Source of the DNA: Pseudogymnoascus verrucosus
Taxonomy: Eukaryota
Reading direction: 5' to 3' (one strand)
NCBI GenBank assembly: GCA_001662655.1
Contig: KV460214.1
Length of the DNA: 64,000 nucleotides
Of the stretch, positions 21,614 through 36,048 are shown one piece after another. The position numbers and the translations under genes are program-made. The notes beneath the pieces were generated by a model that did not search any database, was not told the DNA's origin, and saw only the letters and a program-made list of their open reading frames with translations. How positions within the stretch are numbered: position 1 is the first letter of the stretch; every line of letters starts with the position of its first letter.

Positions 21614-23308
21614 ATGGCTTCGTTTATCAAGAAGTTCTCAGGAGGGTCCGTTGACAAGAAGGACCCTGTGTCGACTCCCAGCGTCGACTCCAAGACTAAC
21701 CTCTCCGGCGAGGTTATTGCTGAAGGTACGATAGTATACTGAGGACCCCCCTCCTCCACCTCCCCCCATCCCCACTCGGCTTGGCCACGAGCTAACCTTC
21801 CCCCAGAACAAGGCGAGGTCTACATCACTAGTGATGACCGCCGCAATGTTGGCCGCGTCTCTGCCGCCTTCCTGGTGTTCAACCGCATGATAGGAACCGG
21901 TATCTTCGCCACCCCCTCCTCCATCTTCGCTCAGTCCGGCTCCGTCGGCCTCGCCCTCTTCATCTGGGTCGCTGGCATGATCATTGCCGGCGCCGGCCTG
22001 GCTGTTTACCTTGAATTCGGCACGGGGCTGCCGCGCAACGGCGGCGAGAAGAACTACCTCGAGTATGTCTTCCGCAAGCCAAAGTTCCTGGCCACTGCCA
22101 TGTATGCTTCCTATGTCGTCCTCTTGGGTTGGGCCGGCTCCAACTCCGTCGTCTTCGGCGAGTACATCCTGCACGCCGCCAACGTGGAGGTAAACCGCTG
22201 GAACCAGCGCGGCGTCGGACTCGCCTGCATCACCGCCGCCTTCCTCATCCACGGCTTCGCCCTGAACTGGGGTCTGCGCCTGCAGAACGTCCTCGGTGTC
22301 ATCAAGCTACTCATCCTCCTCCTCATCGTCTTCTCCGGCTTCGCTGCTCTAGGCGGCCACCTCCAGCCCGGCGTCGAGAAGCCAGACAACTTCACCAATG
22401 CCTTCGCTGGCACCACCGGCTCGGCATACGGCGTCGTCTCCGCCCTCTACAACGTCATCTGGTCCTACATCGGCTACAGCAACGCCAACTACGCCCTCGC
22501 TGAGACCAAGAACCCTGTGCGCACCCTCAAGGTCGCCGCGCCCCTTGCCCTCGGCGCAGTAGCAGTCCTCTACATGCTCGCCAACATCGCCTACTTCGCC
22601 GCCGTGCCCCGCGAAGAGATTCTCTCCTCCGGCCGCATTCTCGCCGCCTCCTTCTTCAGGAACATGTTCGGCCCCGAAGCCGAGCGCGCGTTGTCTGTCT
22701 TCGTCGCGCTGTCGGCGTTCGGAAACGTCCTTTCTGTCATCTTCTCCCAGGGCCGATTGGTCCAGGAGATCGGACGCGAGGGTATCTTGCCATTCTCTCA
22801 CTTCTGGGCTAGCAATGCCCCATTCAACACCCCTCTTGTCGGCCTCGCAGAGCACTGGCTCGTCTCGGTCATTATCATGCTCGCGCCCCCACCAGGAGAT
22901 GCGTACAACTTCATCCTAAACGTCATCTCCTACCCCCTCGCCGTCGTCAACGTTTTCGTCGCCGGCGCCCTGGTACACCTCTACCTCCACCCTTCCGCCG
23001 ATCACAGACCAACCTGGTCGCCGCCCTTCCGCGCCACGCTGCCAGTGGTTATCTTCTTCCTGCTGTCGAATATCTATCTTGTTGTCGCGCCGTTCGTGCC
23101 GCCGGATGAGGGACAGAGCATTTATAAGGATATCCCGTATTACCTGCATTGTCTGGTTGGAATTGCAATTCTGCTTGCGGGAGCGCTGTACTGGCTTATC
23201 TGGGCTGTGATTCTGCCGAAGCTGGGTGGGTATGAGTTGGATCGTGAGGTGGATGTTGATGCGCATGGGTGGAGTAGGGGGAAGTTTGTGAGGAGGAAGA
23301 TTGAGTAG
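21614..23308 (+). CDS. MUP1: High-affinity methionine permease (APC/LAT family); exons 21614-21725, 21807-23308
   Basis: FNRMIGTGIFATPS, LEFGTGLPRNGGEKNYLEY and SYIGYSNANY motifs, about 12 hydrophobic segments. Intron 21726-21806 has a GCTAAC branch point. Confidence 0.88.
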
Positions 23309-23535
23309 GGGAGCGATCTATGGGCTTGGCGTTTTTGAGATTATTTCTGGGATAGACTTCTGGGCTGTCCCTGGGTATGGGATAGGTGGATATAATGGGA
23401 CACTTTAGACTACATAGAACTTCTTATTTTGAAATTTATATACCCCTCTGAACTACGATCTCTACTATCACTACTATGCATTCCGTGCCCCTATGTGATC
23501 CACCACCACCAACTACCCCCCAAAACGCCGCAAAG

Positions 23536-24067
23536 GGAAGGCAGGACCACGTCAACATCCCAACGTTCCTTCCGCCGCAAGCCCTGACGGCTCAAAAGAT
23601 ATGCACGGAAGACAAACCGCGTCCCGCACCGTTCCTTCCGCAGCAGTTCCACTAGGGAAAACGGGGAGGCGGGGAGGGAAGCCACGACTCAACCCCACCT
23701 CCCAACGTTCCTTCCTTTTACTCCGACAGCGCGATTCAAACATCCAAAATGGAAAGTGCACCACCCTCGCTCCTTCCCCAACAGCTATCTCCAAATCACC
23801 ACGCTAAAAGTGGACAAAGGAAGGAAGGCACGACCCAACCTCACCCCTATCGTTCCTTCCGCAGCAACTCTGACAACGCGGGGAAAATAACGAGGCTGGG
23901 AGGGAAGCAACGACTCATCCTCGCCTCTTATCGTTCCTTCCTTTACTCTAACGAACTAGACACCTAGAATGGAAAGTGCGAGACGCATCGTTCCTTCCGC
24001 AGCAACCCATAGACGAAAGGTTGAGAATGGAAGGGGCGACTCGCTCTTATGTCTTAGCGTTCCTTGT
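23536..24067. repeat. Degenerate array of about 8 dyad units GGAAG-N3-CGA-N16/17-TCG-TTC-CTTCC, spacing about 58-80 bp
   Basis: Units start near 23536, 23607, 23677, 23751, 23823, 23903, 23971 and 24029. CGTTCCTTCC or a one- to two-base variant recurs in every unit. Confidence 0.8.
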
Positions 24068-24990
24068 GTAGCTGATATATTAACCTGGGGGAGATGATAT
24101 GAAAAAGCAGGGCGTAGAAGAGCTCATGACCGAATCTACGACATACCGCATCATACTCACTGTGAATGAAAGTTGAAGACTATTTTCCTTCACAAGTTGT
24201 TTTGTCCTTTCGTTTTTCTTTTCTTTTTCTTTTCTATCATTCTCCATGGGGATAAATGCAAAATAATGTTACCCACATCCACATTCATTCCATGCCCTTG
24301 CGGCTACTGATATCTCGTTAGAAAGAAGGCCGCATAGGTGAGACGATTGAATCGGTGAGAAGACTGGATCGATGAGAAGACTTAGTTGGCGAGAAGACTG
24401 CACCAGCAAGAAGACCACACGTTTGAGCAGACAACATAGATCCCCATCTCTTGTCAGGCGAGCCTTATTGTATGGTGCACCGTACGTGACACTGAAGTTA
24501 TCCATGTATTTGTCGCCAAGTAACCCTCCAAGATGTTTGAAGCCGGCCAATGCATTCGTTCCCATATAGTTTCAGGTTATCCATCGCCCCTAAGCCACCC
24601 CCATTCTTTCAGGTGGGAACAATGGTGAGTTGCAAACAATACCACGGTGTCAAAGCGGCTGAGACGGACTTTCTTGCTGGGGGACAATAGACTCTATCCT
24701 TTCTTTGACTTAGAGGATAAAGAAAACTTTTTCTTTTCCAGGCTCTGAACGGTCTACTGATCTGATACTTACTTTGCCTGGCAGTGCCTCGATTTGTATC
24801 AGAAACGATGTCCCGTTCATCAACTCTCTATATAACCCCTCCCCACCTCCTCCAATCTTCATTTTCATTCCAGACTCAAATCATCTCACACACATCACAG
24901 AATCCTACACACTTCCACCACTAACACTACAGCATCCACACATCCACATCACAAACACTACAGCAAATTCCTAATCCCACAACCTCCAAA

Positions 24991-25185
24991 ATGCGTCTAA
25001 CACACACCCCAGACAGCCTCCCCCTCAAATCCGACCATTGGTCCCACAAGCACCTCACCCCCTCCAAAGGCGGCGGACCCTTCGGGGTTAACGCATACTG
25101 TAAGAGTCGAGGGTGGCCACCCGTGTTTAAGGAGCGGCGGTGGCGAGGCCGGGCTAATTTTAAAGTTGCTATTGCGAGGGGATGA
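24991..25185 (+). CDS. Possible orphan micro-ORF (64 aa, basic)
   Basis: TATATAA near 24829, C/A-rich leader, caaaATG context and G/T-rich 3' region. No recognisable homology. Confidence 0.35.
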   Translation: MRLTHTPDSLPLKSDHWSHKHLTPSKGGGPFGVNAYCKSRGWPPVFKERRWRGRANFKVAIARG

Positions 25186-26398
25186 TGGGAGAGAGGGATG
25201 ATGATCTCGATGAGGAGTCTCAGGCGGATGAGGAGTTTGATTGGGACGAGTTTTATGCTAGTGAGCAGGAAGACAAGGAGTGAATGAGGTAAGTGAGAAG
25301 GTAAGATTTTATTTTTAAATAGAGGGGTTTGCTTTGGGAGTTAATAGATGGTGTTTCTTGAGTTTTGAAATTCTTGTGTTTTATGCCGCCTGGTGATCTG
25401 TTAAATCTCTAATAGCAGCTACGATCTCATCTATGGCAAATCATCAAATTGTGCACAGATCACAGATTCACTAAAGCATTCTGCTGGTGGTGGGGACCTG
25501 CTACAAGTCTCTTCGCTCCAGCCAGAGAGAAACGCGACTATTGCTCGAGTCACAGGCCTTGAGCGCGATGATCTCGGTTGGTCCAGCGCCCCTGAGTCCC
25601 ACTCCGATGCCAATACCCTGAGGCCTTGTTGTTTGTTGTTCTTGTTGTTGTCAAGTTTTGCTGCCGTGCACTCTTGCCGTCGTTGATTCTTGCTGTCGTT
25701 TGATTCTTGCCGTCGTCGACTGACTCTTGTCGGTGTGTCACTCGTATCCAAGTTCCGGCAACAAAATCCTCGTGCCGTCCTTCGCCTGCTTAATGAATCG
25801 TTTTCACCCTTTCCTTTGTCGTGATATTTCTGGAGGTGTATAGGGTGGGCGGTCTGGACCGGTGCTGCGAGACCCATATATAGTGCTTGTGTCTGACTTC
25901 CATTTTGTATCGGCTATCTAGAGGGGGTGTGAGGGGGATGGGGGCGATGATAAGCCTTCTGCGGCTTCAATACCGAAGGAATACATCCATAAACACTCAA
26001 CGCGTATATCATCCCCAGTAGCAACTATCGCAACTTCATCTCCGAACCTCTGATATTAGCTTATAGTACAATGACCTAATAGTATATACCCCCCCTCCCC
26101 TCTCCCTCTAACCTAGCCCTAAAGAACCCCTCTACCCCCCCTAAATGCACACACAAAAAAACGAAGCCCAATGTCATCCCTCACCCCCTCACCCCCTCAT
26201 CCCCTCGCTCCAAACCGCTCCTCCAATTTCAACGCCAGATATATTTACAGCGTACATATATAATGCAAAGTCCTCCCCCCCGACTTTGCGCTCTCAAGGA
26301 AAAAAGGTTAAGTCGTCCGTCCGGTAAAACTAACAACCCCCGCCCGGCGCGCCACCTATGCATGCATGCAATAACAAAAAACGCCTTTTTGAATCAGT

Positions 26399-29300
26399 TC
26401 AATGACTGAGCACTTCCGTCCGCTCGCTCTGCAGCAGCCCCTCCATCTCGCTCCCATTGTTGTCGCCCTCAGCATCGTTGTTGCCCGATTTATCATGCGT
26501 CCCGTTCACCGTATTACCATCGCCCATCTTACACACTGCGCCCTCAACCCCCTGCGCCATAGCCTGCTGCATCTCCTCTTCTCTCACTGCAGCCTCGTTC
26601 TCTCGCTCAAGTGCTTCTTGAGCGGCTCGCATCTCTGCTGCTGCTGGGTCTTCTTCTTCTATGTGGTCTGGTACCTGTGCGTCTGCTGGTGGAGGCGGTG
26701 GGGGTGGAGGTGGGCCGGGGGAAGCGTCGACTGCGGTACCATCTGCCTTAAAGCGCTTGGCGAAGGCATCATCGGTATCGGCGGGTGTGTGTTGGGCATC
26801 TTCGTTGCGCTTACGCTTCAGTGTGTCATCGCCTGAGCTCTCACCTACTGGGGTGGCTGGGACGGATTGCGTATGCAGCTCGTCATCTGACATGTCGACA
26901 TCGGACATCGCGGCCTTATCCTCCGCATCTGCGTCCATCGGGGTGCTGGTGTCCGCCGTAGCTGGGGTAGCAACGTCATTTGACACGACGCTGGCGGGAG
27001 TCTGGCCGTTCTTAAGAGCCTCAGCTGCCTTCTTCTCAGCCTTCTTCTTCTCATACGCGACCCTTTTGGCGACGGCTTTCTCGAAGTAGTCGCGCACGCT
27101 CTTCTTAACTTTCTTCTCGTGGTACTCAGTGATCTTGGTAGGGTCTTCGACGCGCTTGTGCTTGAAATCAGAGGCGGTGAGGATCTTCCCGATTTCCTTG
27201 GCGAAGCGCTTCAGTTCTTCTTTGGGAAGCTTTTTGCGGTACTTATCCATGACGTGTTTAATATGAGGAGCAAGCTGCGTACGTGTAAGTAGGGGGGTGA
27301 CTAACTGCCCGGGAGATGTGTACTTACAGTATTTTCATATATCTTCATCTGCTTCTCCTCAGGCAATGAGCGCCACTTCTCAGCCCTCTTCTTCTCTTTC
27401 AGCTCTGCCTCAGACATCTTTGGAGTAGCCACTGGCTTAGCCTGGTCGCCCTTCGTGACGGAATCAATAATATCCTGTAGTCGTTTTTGGTCTTGAATAG
27501 CTTTCGCAATATTCTTTTTCGGTGCTGGAGCATCGTTTGCAGGGAGAGTCGGCCGTTGCCACGTCGTTTGACCGCCGCGACTATAATAATATGTATTCCC
27601 TGCTGGATCAAGCGTCGCAAACCACCCCGTAGGTAATGGAGCTCTCCTCGGCACTGGTGGTCTTGGTTGGAACGGTCTTGCTGGACCTCGTGGTGTGGCG
27701 GTGGAGTTTCTGGGCCCAGTGGGAGCTGCTGCGGTTGGATTAGGTGTGTGGGAGGGCTCATCCTCGCGGTCACCTCCTCGACGAGCGTCAAATTGGTTTG
27801 CAGCTTGGGCTGTGGGATCGAATTTCTTCCGCGGAATGCGGTACGCAACCTCCAGCTTACTCCATACTTCCATCAATCGCAGCGATTCTGACGCAATATC
27901 TTCATGCTCCGACTTGGTCAGAGGCTCGACCACCTGCTCAATCTTTGAGTCGACAATCTTGTTCCTGGTGAGCCGGGGCAGCTGGTACAGGATGTCCAGG
28001 ACTTGGAGAATGATATTGTTATCCTCTTTCCAAGTCTCCAAGCATATCCGCATTATACGATAACCGTGAAATTGGACCACCTTTTGTCGGATTCGCTCGT
28101 CCCCGCACCGTTGTATGCGATTAAGCAACTTGACCGCAATCCACTTCTCCGTGCCCTGCATAAGTGTAGCCATGACCTTCGTAACGCCATTCTCATCAAG
28201 TCCCTTTGGTTGAACATTGTTAACATACTCCTCGTCATCTTCTCCCGACTTCTTCTTCCGAGGTTTCTTGGCAACCGCAACATCCCATCCATCACCATCA
28301 TCAATTCCAAGAGCCTCAATAGTAGTATGTGAGAGTTTCGTAGCCCGTTCAGTCTGAGTCTTGCCACCCAAAAATCCCGTGCAGTTTGGCTCTGCGCAAT
28401 AACATGGTTGCGGGTCTGCGCCGTACCGGTCAACGTTGTAGTTGAAAACGAGCTCCTCGCCAGCTTTGATGTTCCGCTCGGCAAATATGCCCATGCGGAG
28501 TTTATCGCCGACCACCCACTTATCGACGTAGCAATTGGGGTTACATGAGTGATTGCAGAACCGACCCAGATTTCCCTTTGTTGTCGCGTCGACGAACTCG
28601 GATTTGGTAAGGGACATGAAATAGAAATGCTTGATGCCTTCCTCATCGTACTGCCTCATCCGTCGTCGTAATGTCGGCTCGTTGACAACTTCCCCGATGT
28701 ACTCAAAGATGAAATCATGTGCGGAGAGATCTGTGTCAGCGCGTAACCCGTAACCCTTCTTCTCTGTCTTGATGACGGAAACTTTGGAGAACTCCTTTCG
28801 CTGAAAGCGCTGGTTCTGGCAGTTAGGACCACAGTTACACTCATCGTCCATGCATTCAATCTTTGTCAGGCGATTGATGCAGTCCGTATCTTCCCCACAT
28901 GCGTGATTCTTGCCATCGCCTGTACATGAGTTAGCAGAGAATTCAGGCCACGTAGTGAAGTCAGGGTCAACTTACGCCAGTCTTCAGAGCAATCACAGCC
29001 CAGGGCCTCGTGGTCCGCCGAACCCATATACTTCGACCCGTAGATGCAGTCCTGGATGACCTGAAATTTCGTTACGCATTCGGGGGTGGCATCTTCGAGA
29101 TGATCAAATAACGGCGGGGGCCTAAAGACGACCTTCTGGGAGGCCTTCCTCGACAATTTAGGTGCTTTCCCGGCCTCCTGAACCACTACGATATCCCCCT
29201 CGACCACCTCAGTATTGACCTCATCCTCAGATGTCGGCGTTTCCGATTTTGTCTCCATATCTTCAGGCGTAGGTGACCGCGATTGTTTCGGTGTTGGTGT

Positions 29301-29444
29301 TGCTGATGGTTGTGGGTTGTCGTCTGTATTTGACGGGGGTGTAGCAAGTTTTGCCTCCGTCGCGGAGTCCTCCTCAGCCAACTTCATATCGCCGAGCGCA
29401 GCATCGACCGCCTCGGTCTTGGGAGTGATTTCTTGATCCGACAT
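26399..29444 (-). CDS. SET2: Histone H3K36 methyltransferase; exons 29444-28976, 28919-27328, 27274-26399
   Basis: AWS (CINR...[11 protein letters not shown]), SET ([16 protein letters not shown]), post-SET ([10 protein letters not shown]), WW (LPTGW...YYY...TTWQRP) and SRI domains. Both introns are canonical. Confidence 0.96.
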
Positions 29445-32400
29445 GCTGAATTCGCGAGCAATTCACTGGTGCCTCTCCTTTATCTCCTGGTCGGACTCGG
29501 TGGGTGGCAGATTGAAGGCCAGTGCGGCGCGGCTCTACGGCCTTGGGCGACAGTGGCGCGCAGTTCTGGCGCATGCAGGTTCGGTAGCTTTGGAGTGCAA
29601 AGTATATAACAGTAGCCAACGAAGCTGCTGGGCCGATGGGTGGCTCGTGGCGTGGCAAGTGGTGGTGGAAGCTGAGGTGCACACCCTTATCGACTCGCGT
29701 TCTGCGCTGGATCAAAATTTGAACCAGGACGCAATCTGGCCAGGGTTCGTCTAGTGGTGGTATACCAAAGCGATCGTGATTGTCAAGTCATGTATACAAC
29801 TCTCCTCAGTTGCATATGTCGTGGAGTGTAGAAGGTAACAAGCACAGCTCGAATGGGGAAGTAGGGTTGCGGGTCAAATGTCGACTTTTGGAAGCCCGCT
29901 GCACAGATAGTTCCTCCCCCCGTATTATCAAGATCCAGTTACTGTCGCTGGGCGTCGTGATTACATGTCCCGTGTTCCCACAATATCACTGTGTTTTTTG
30001 TACAAGTCGAGATTTTCCCAGGAGTATTGAATTGCTATCTGCAAAGAAGAAGAGTAGAATATGGAAATGGAGGTTCTGAATGGGAACCTCAACTGGCACG
30101 TCTCGGCAAATGCCGCCATCACGCGCCGATGGCCAGATTCTGGCCGTGCCTGCCTGAGCAAAATCTTTCCCAACCGTGAACGCGCACAATTTCCACGAAG
30201 GCATTTGTATAATATGCCGATTTGGATCATATATATCACCTTTCCTCCTCCCAACCACCTTTCATGACTGCCACTCCTTTTCATAGGGCCAAAGGAGAAA
30301 CGGTTAAAGGAAAAAATCCCTTTATGTTTGTACTTACTATTAGTGATGCCAGGTGCTTTATCAGAGAGAACCCTGCCTCGTTGCACCACATCTTTGCGCC
30401 CAGGCATTCTTCGTAGGCCAACGTATTGGCATCTCCAACCATTCCCACTGACTGACTACTGGACCTGCAAGACCTAACAACTGGGCACGAACATAACATG
30501 TTTCCGTCGCTTTTGAGGGACTGCAAAGAGAGATTCCACACTGGAGGTTCCATGTCCACATCACTGGTGACTATAGATATTAGCAACATAAAGTTGGGGC
30601 ATGTTTTTAAGAACTATGACGGTTCAAGCTGTGATATGTGGGTTACACCCAGACTTGACTCCGCGGACAAGAGTATATTGGCATGCCTCCATGCGGTAGA
30701 GTGGGAATTGACAGCTATCGAATCCCAGGTATCCTTCTTGAGTGTGAATATTTCGGCGGGTATCCGCAGCTTGAGTGTTGTGTAAGGTATATAGAGTTGA
30801 TCGTCGCATTTTTGCCAGAGACTATATTCGAATTGGTGGTGACCGCTTCGATGCATCGCATCAACAAGTCTTGACTGCATATCCAGGTTCTCGTGTATCC
30901 CTTGGCCGCAGACACAACGTTGGCCTAAGAGCCGTAGATGTGGATATATGGACGGTGTAATAACCAGAAGATCCCCCCGGTATAGCCAGCGTTGCAAGTT
31001 GCATAGATTGTAGTGGCTCCGAACCGGTGCGTTCCGGCCTTGCCAACACACGATGCAGCACTGGCGTATACTGAAACTGGCGGTCGGGCATGGCCATCGG
31101 TCGCTATAAAACTGGGATGAGCTGCTGAAATCTCTGATCCTTCACAATCTTGATTCGAAAGCGAGTGCTCGAGCGAGTCGCGATCGGAACGATTCGAAAC
31201 ATGGCGGCCATTTCACTGGTCGTTGTCGCCTTCGATGTGGGGGGTGGCCATCGACTCGGCGACCCAAACGGCACAATTTAACTGCAGGCCGAGATGCAGG
31301 CCGAGTCATACGGCAACGGCGCTACGACTGCGCAATTGAAAGTGCGAAAAAGCGAAGCCCGTCGCATTTAGGGCCGGTCGAGCCGAGAAGCATCGAGGTT
31401 GATTGAGGCTCAGGGTGGATGCTCCAGAAGAGATCGATCGTTACCGGTTCGTCATGGGTATCGATGCAAAGCAGACTGCGACAATCACACAAATGTGACG
31501 AACTGGCGGGCTTTTTGGCGGGCTTTTTGGCTTGGCAAAGCTGTCAGTGGGTGTGTGGGTTCTGTGGAGGGGTGTGAGGGGTGTGTGAGAGGGTGTGAGA
31601 GGGACCGGTGACGGGTCTGACGGGGACTATCGACCCGTAAAGGGCTAATAAAAATGCTTCGGTGTGTCTGAGCTCTTTACTGGTCCCAGCGAAACGTTTT
31701 CTGGTCCAATGGTCATTTTGTTTCTTGAATCGTTTGACCATTTTCATCGATATAACTGGCTCTTGGGACCCTGCAAGGACAACGCAGACGCGCCACAGAC
31801 CCAATCAGCCAACGGCTGTTGAAGGAAGGCTGAGAGGGATGACCTTTCCTCATAGACGCAGGTGTCTCAGTTTTCTCATAATTCCCTTACTTTCGTTCAG
31901 ACTGAACGTTCTTGTTATTAAACTGGCGCCGAGTGAGTTGCTTCAATTAGCCAGAAAAGATGGTTGGATTTAGTTCGCTGGACTTTGCAGTGGAGTACAG
32001 CGACTGTATGCGCTCGTGTTGTGCATGCTGTACCTCCTGCATCGGAACTAGACGGCGTTCTCTTCCGTCTTCTGCAGCGTGCACGATGGATGTTCAGCAG
32101 AGCCTATAGTATTTGGTCTGTTCGCCGGAATAGGAACATCCCTCATGCACGCAATCAAAGTGGTGCATGCTTGTAGATACTATGAGTCCAGTCAAGTCCA
32201 GTCAAGCGCTGGACAAGATGCATCGTGGTCTACCCGCCGCAATGCTGCTTTTAGCAAAAATCTGAATCAGCCTTCAGCTAAGACGTTAGCTGCATCTCCT
32301 TTACTGTGCAGTAGGGACGTAGCAAGGCGTCGGATCGAGCCCATTGACAGGCGCGAAAGCCGCCCTTTTCTTCTTTTATTGGGCCAGCCAGACATGCGTC

Positions 32401-33473
32401 TCAAAAGCCAGGGGAACGCTGGAAAGTGCTCGTGCTCTTCTTTGCCCGTGGTCTTCTTGCTCGTGCTCGTGCTGGTCCTCGGTGAGCGTTTCAGTACCTA
32501 GCTATCCCTTGATTCCCATCCCAATCCGTCTTCAGTTTCGGCTAGTTTATTCATAGTTACAGGCGCATATGCAGCTTGTATGCACGCTTTTGGCAATCTC
32601 ATTTCCTGTGGACCGGGTTGTCGACGATTCAGCGAACTTAAACGACCGAAACGACCTCTCAATTGAACCTTGCTTTGGCACCGTGTCAGACCCTAGAGAA
32701 ATAGAAATAGCACTGTATGTATACTCTCCATACCTGTCTATTCTTGTCTATACCTGTCGACAGCGTGCCCGTCTAAGACGCGAAGGCTGGAGGAACGACA
32801 GACACCGACCTCCTTCAAAGGCAAGGACCTGCTTTTTCCTGAGGCTAATCTCCAGGGAAGACGACAGATTTAGATTGCGACAGGCCGCAAATCCTGGGAG
32901 ACAATAGGACACAAATTGAATGTATATTGGCCAGATACTCCATTTACTCCATTTGGGCGTTTAATTGCCGGCTGTTTGTTTCAATTGTTTGTTTGGTGTT
33001 GGTTGTCTGGCGTTGTCTGGGCCATAAACGCACTAAGATTAGGACCCGGGCCTGATGAGGAGGGAGTGAGAAACACGGAGAGACGCGACATTTATAGGAA
33101 AAGCAACGCCAATCTGCGCTCCTGCGCGTATTCCAACCCTCGACCACTTAATCCGACCACCAACCTCGGACGACCTTCCCTCATCCACTTCTCTTTCCCC
33201 CTTCCCCCTTCACCCGCTTCAAACTCCAGGGTCTTCTTTAATATTCCCACACTTTTCACCAATCTTCTTCACCAATTCATTTTACTGCCTCTAATATATT
33301 TGACCCCCCGTTTACGTCTGCAATCCCCGGTTTCCTTCTGTCTGCGTCTATCCGATCTGTCTATACCCCCCCACCACCACAGGCAGCCTTCGCTATATCT
33401 CGACTACCACTCCTTACCTTCCACAACAAACAAACTCCTTCAATTCCTTTTCGCCAACTTCGCAATACACATC

Positions 33474-34729
33474 ATGGCCGTGGGACCCTTCTCAGAATAC
33501 GAGCAGGTACGCAAACAATGTCTTACAGTTCATATCCGCAGGGTGTAGGGGTTGCATATGCTTGGACTCCTGCGCCTTGTGGGTGGCATTGCTGATGAAT
33601 TCCACCCAACGCGATTAATACTGACTATGTACTCTGTAGCGCTTCTTGCTCAGCGAAATCCTCAAGACATCGAACATTCCCATCGACGCGCTCTTGAATG
33701 TACTCAGAGAGCAGAACTTTGATCCGACCTGGGAGGAAGTTGGTCTACCTGCAGGTAAGCTTGCGCCGAGCTTCTTACACCCACCCCAAAGCTTCCACAG
33801 CCTTCAAAACCTCGAAATACCCAGTCGCGGAACACTATATACAATATCCAAAGCTTAATTTCTAACGAATTTTCACAGGTCGCAGCATGAACAGCTGTGC
33901 TGCCGAACTAGCCAAGCTCAACTCCAGCCCCAGCGGCGACTCGAACCCCGACAGCGCCAAACAGACCTCCCGTGGAATCAAGCGTACCCTCTCAGCAAGC
34001 GCATTCTACGGCCCTGCAACCCCCGCAACCAAGGCCCGCGAGATCAAGCCCAAGCCAGCAGCAGCCTCGAACGGAGCCGACAAGCCCGTCACATCCACCC
34101 CCGCCACAGGCTCTGCCCGAAAACGCGGCAGACCAAGCAATGCCGAGCTAGCACAACGCGCAAAGGAAGCTTCTGAGCGTGGAGAAGCCGAGAAGGGAGT
34201 CTATGCCACGAAGCGCAAGTCAATTAGTGATCAGTCCGTAGGAGAACCCCCCGCGCCCGGCTCCGAGCCCCCAGCCAAGCGCGGACGCGGCAGGCCTCCG
34301 AAGAACAAGGCTCCCGTGGCAAATGTTCGTTAGCACATAATTCTATTCTATTTTAATATCATCACGTTTTGTCGTCTGCACTGCTGACTCTGTGACCAGC
34401 CCGGTGTCGATGTCGAGGAGGAGAGTAAGCCGTCAGAGGCGGATACGGATGTGGCCGCCCCCGCGGACCCTGAACCTGAACCCGTAGTAAACGACAAAAC
34501 CCCCCAAGACGACGCAGCCACCAAAGAGACCCGCCAGAACCTCGAAGTCGTAGCCCGTGCCGCATCTGCCACTGTCTCTGAAGCTCTAGCACCGCAGCCC
34601 CAGATCGCCCCTTCTAACACACCAGCACCAACAACCTCCGCCTTCAAGAAAATCTTCGGCCTAAGCAGCCAGACTCCCACCACCCAGGCGCCTCCCCCCG
34701 AGCAGGCTATAGGGGCGGCGGCGCACTAG
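33474..34729 (+). CDS. AT-hook nuclear protein with a small N-terminal folded domain; exons 33474-33506, 33640-33754, 33879-34324, 34400-34729
   Basis: Three GT-AG introns with branch points join the ORFs in frame. AT-hook cores RKRGRP and RGRGRPPK are present. Confidence 0.8.
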
Positions 34730-36048
34730 GTTTCGGTTTTCTCTTTGATGGATGGACGGACGCGCTTCCTTCTTTTATCAGCAATTAGATCCTGCAATGA
34801 AACGAACGAACCAACGAACCAACGCCGTAAGATTACCACGACGCAGCATTACGAACGAACCTTTACCCATGACCAAGCAAGAAATTCAACGGTCTTCAGT
34901 TCCCATTTTCATCCACCCGCGCACTTCGAACGGCCAAAGATTTCACTTTCACTTTCACTTTCAACTCCACGACGGAATTTTCACAGATATCACGACACCT
35001 GAAAAGCGCAAACTACGACGACGACACACAATGTCTTTCTTTTTTATCTATCTATCTAAAGCCCTTCAATGTTTCTCATCACTTCTTTTCCTTTCAAAAT
35101 AATGGCAATCTTCTTTTCCCTTTTGATTCCCCCAGACCTGTATTACGAAAACCAGCCCCCTTCCAAATGGGGGTTTTTACCAACGTTCACGTCCTTCTTC
35201 ACATTCACGAATGACACGCACCCTCGGCGGCAGTATTCTTTATTTTGTTTTTCTCGTCTTAATGCGCGTTCTTCTTACTATGTTTTTTTGCTTTTTTCGC
35301 GGCGGCGGGCGGTCCCCCCTTTTGTTTACCTACACCCAGCACCAGCACCACGAGCCATGCGCATACGGCATCCACCAGAGACACACCGGATACCTGTCTA
35401 CCTTCACCATATCACCTGCTGCTTTTCACATACCCCCCCCGGCGGACTTTTGTTTTTTTGTTACCTCGGAGCCAGGATCCAGCATGCTCTCGGTCTCTAG
35501 AACGGATGGGAGGCTTTCTGGGACTTGGCGCCTTATGAACTGGAAGAAGTGGAGAGTGAGGGCGGTACGGGTCAGGAAATGGGTTGGGAGGTAGCCAGTT
35601 GTGCATAGCCGAGACGACGGAGGGATAGGAGGGGAGGGGATATTATCAGGGCCTACCTACCTACCTACCTACCCTGTATATTAGAGGGCAAGCGCGAACC
35701 GACCTACCTACGGAGTGAAGTGTCCATTTGCGGAGATATGGCATGTGGATAATGGGACAAGCATGCAGATCTCAGTTCGCTTTCGGGTTTTGAAGATGTG
35801 TGATTTGTGCATGAGTGATCATTGTGTGAGACTGGGCTATGTATGAGGTAGCTGAGTCTGCGGGGGTTTCATATACTGCCCATCGATCGTCATGGCTGGT
35901 CGTTTCTACATCTCGTCTTAAAGCCATGATTCGTAATTCATCGCGCTTGCCACTATACACCACTCGGTCTTCCTTCCCACCCTTCAGACTCCGCATACTA
36001 TACCCCCTCTCTCTCTATACCCCCCCCCCCCCCCCCCCAAATCCCTCT

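Noticed and set aside
25431..25877. 148-aa minus-strand ORF containing a short ~17-bp repeat (TTCTTGCCGTCG)
   Set aside because: There is no homology or gene-like context; it most likely reflects a small minisatellite.
29780..31100. Possible gene or pseudogene upstream of SET2
   Set aside because: Only short overlapping ORFs are present, and I could find no consistent exon chain or motif.
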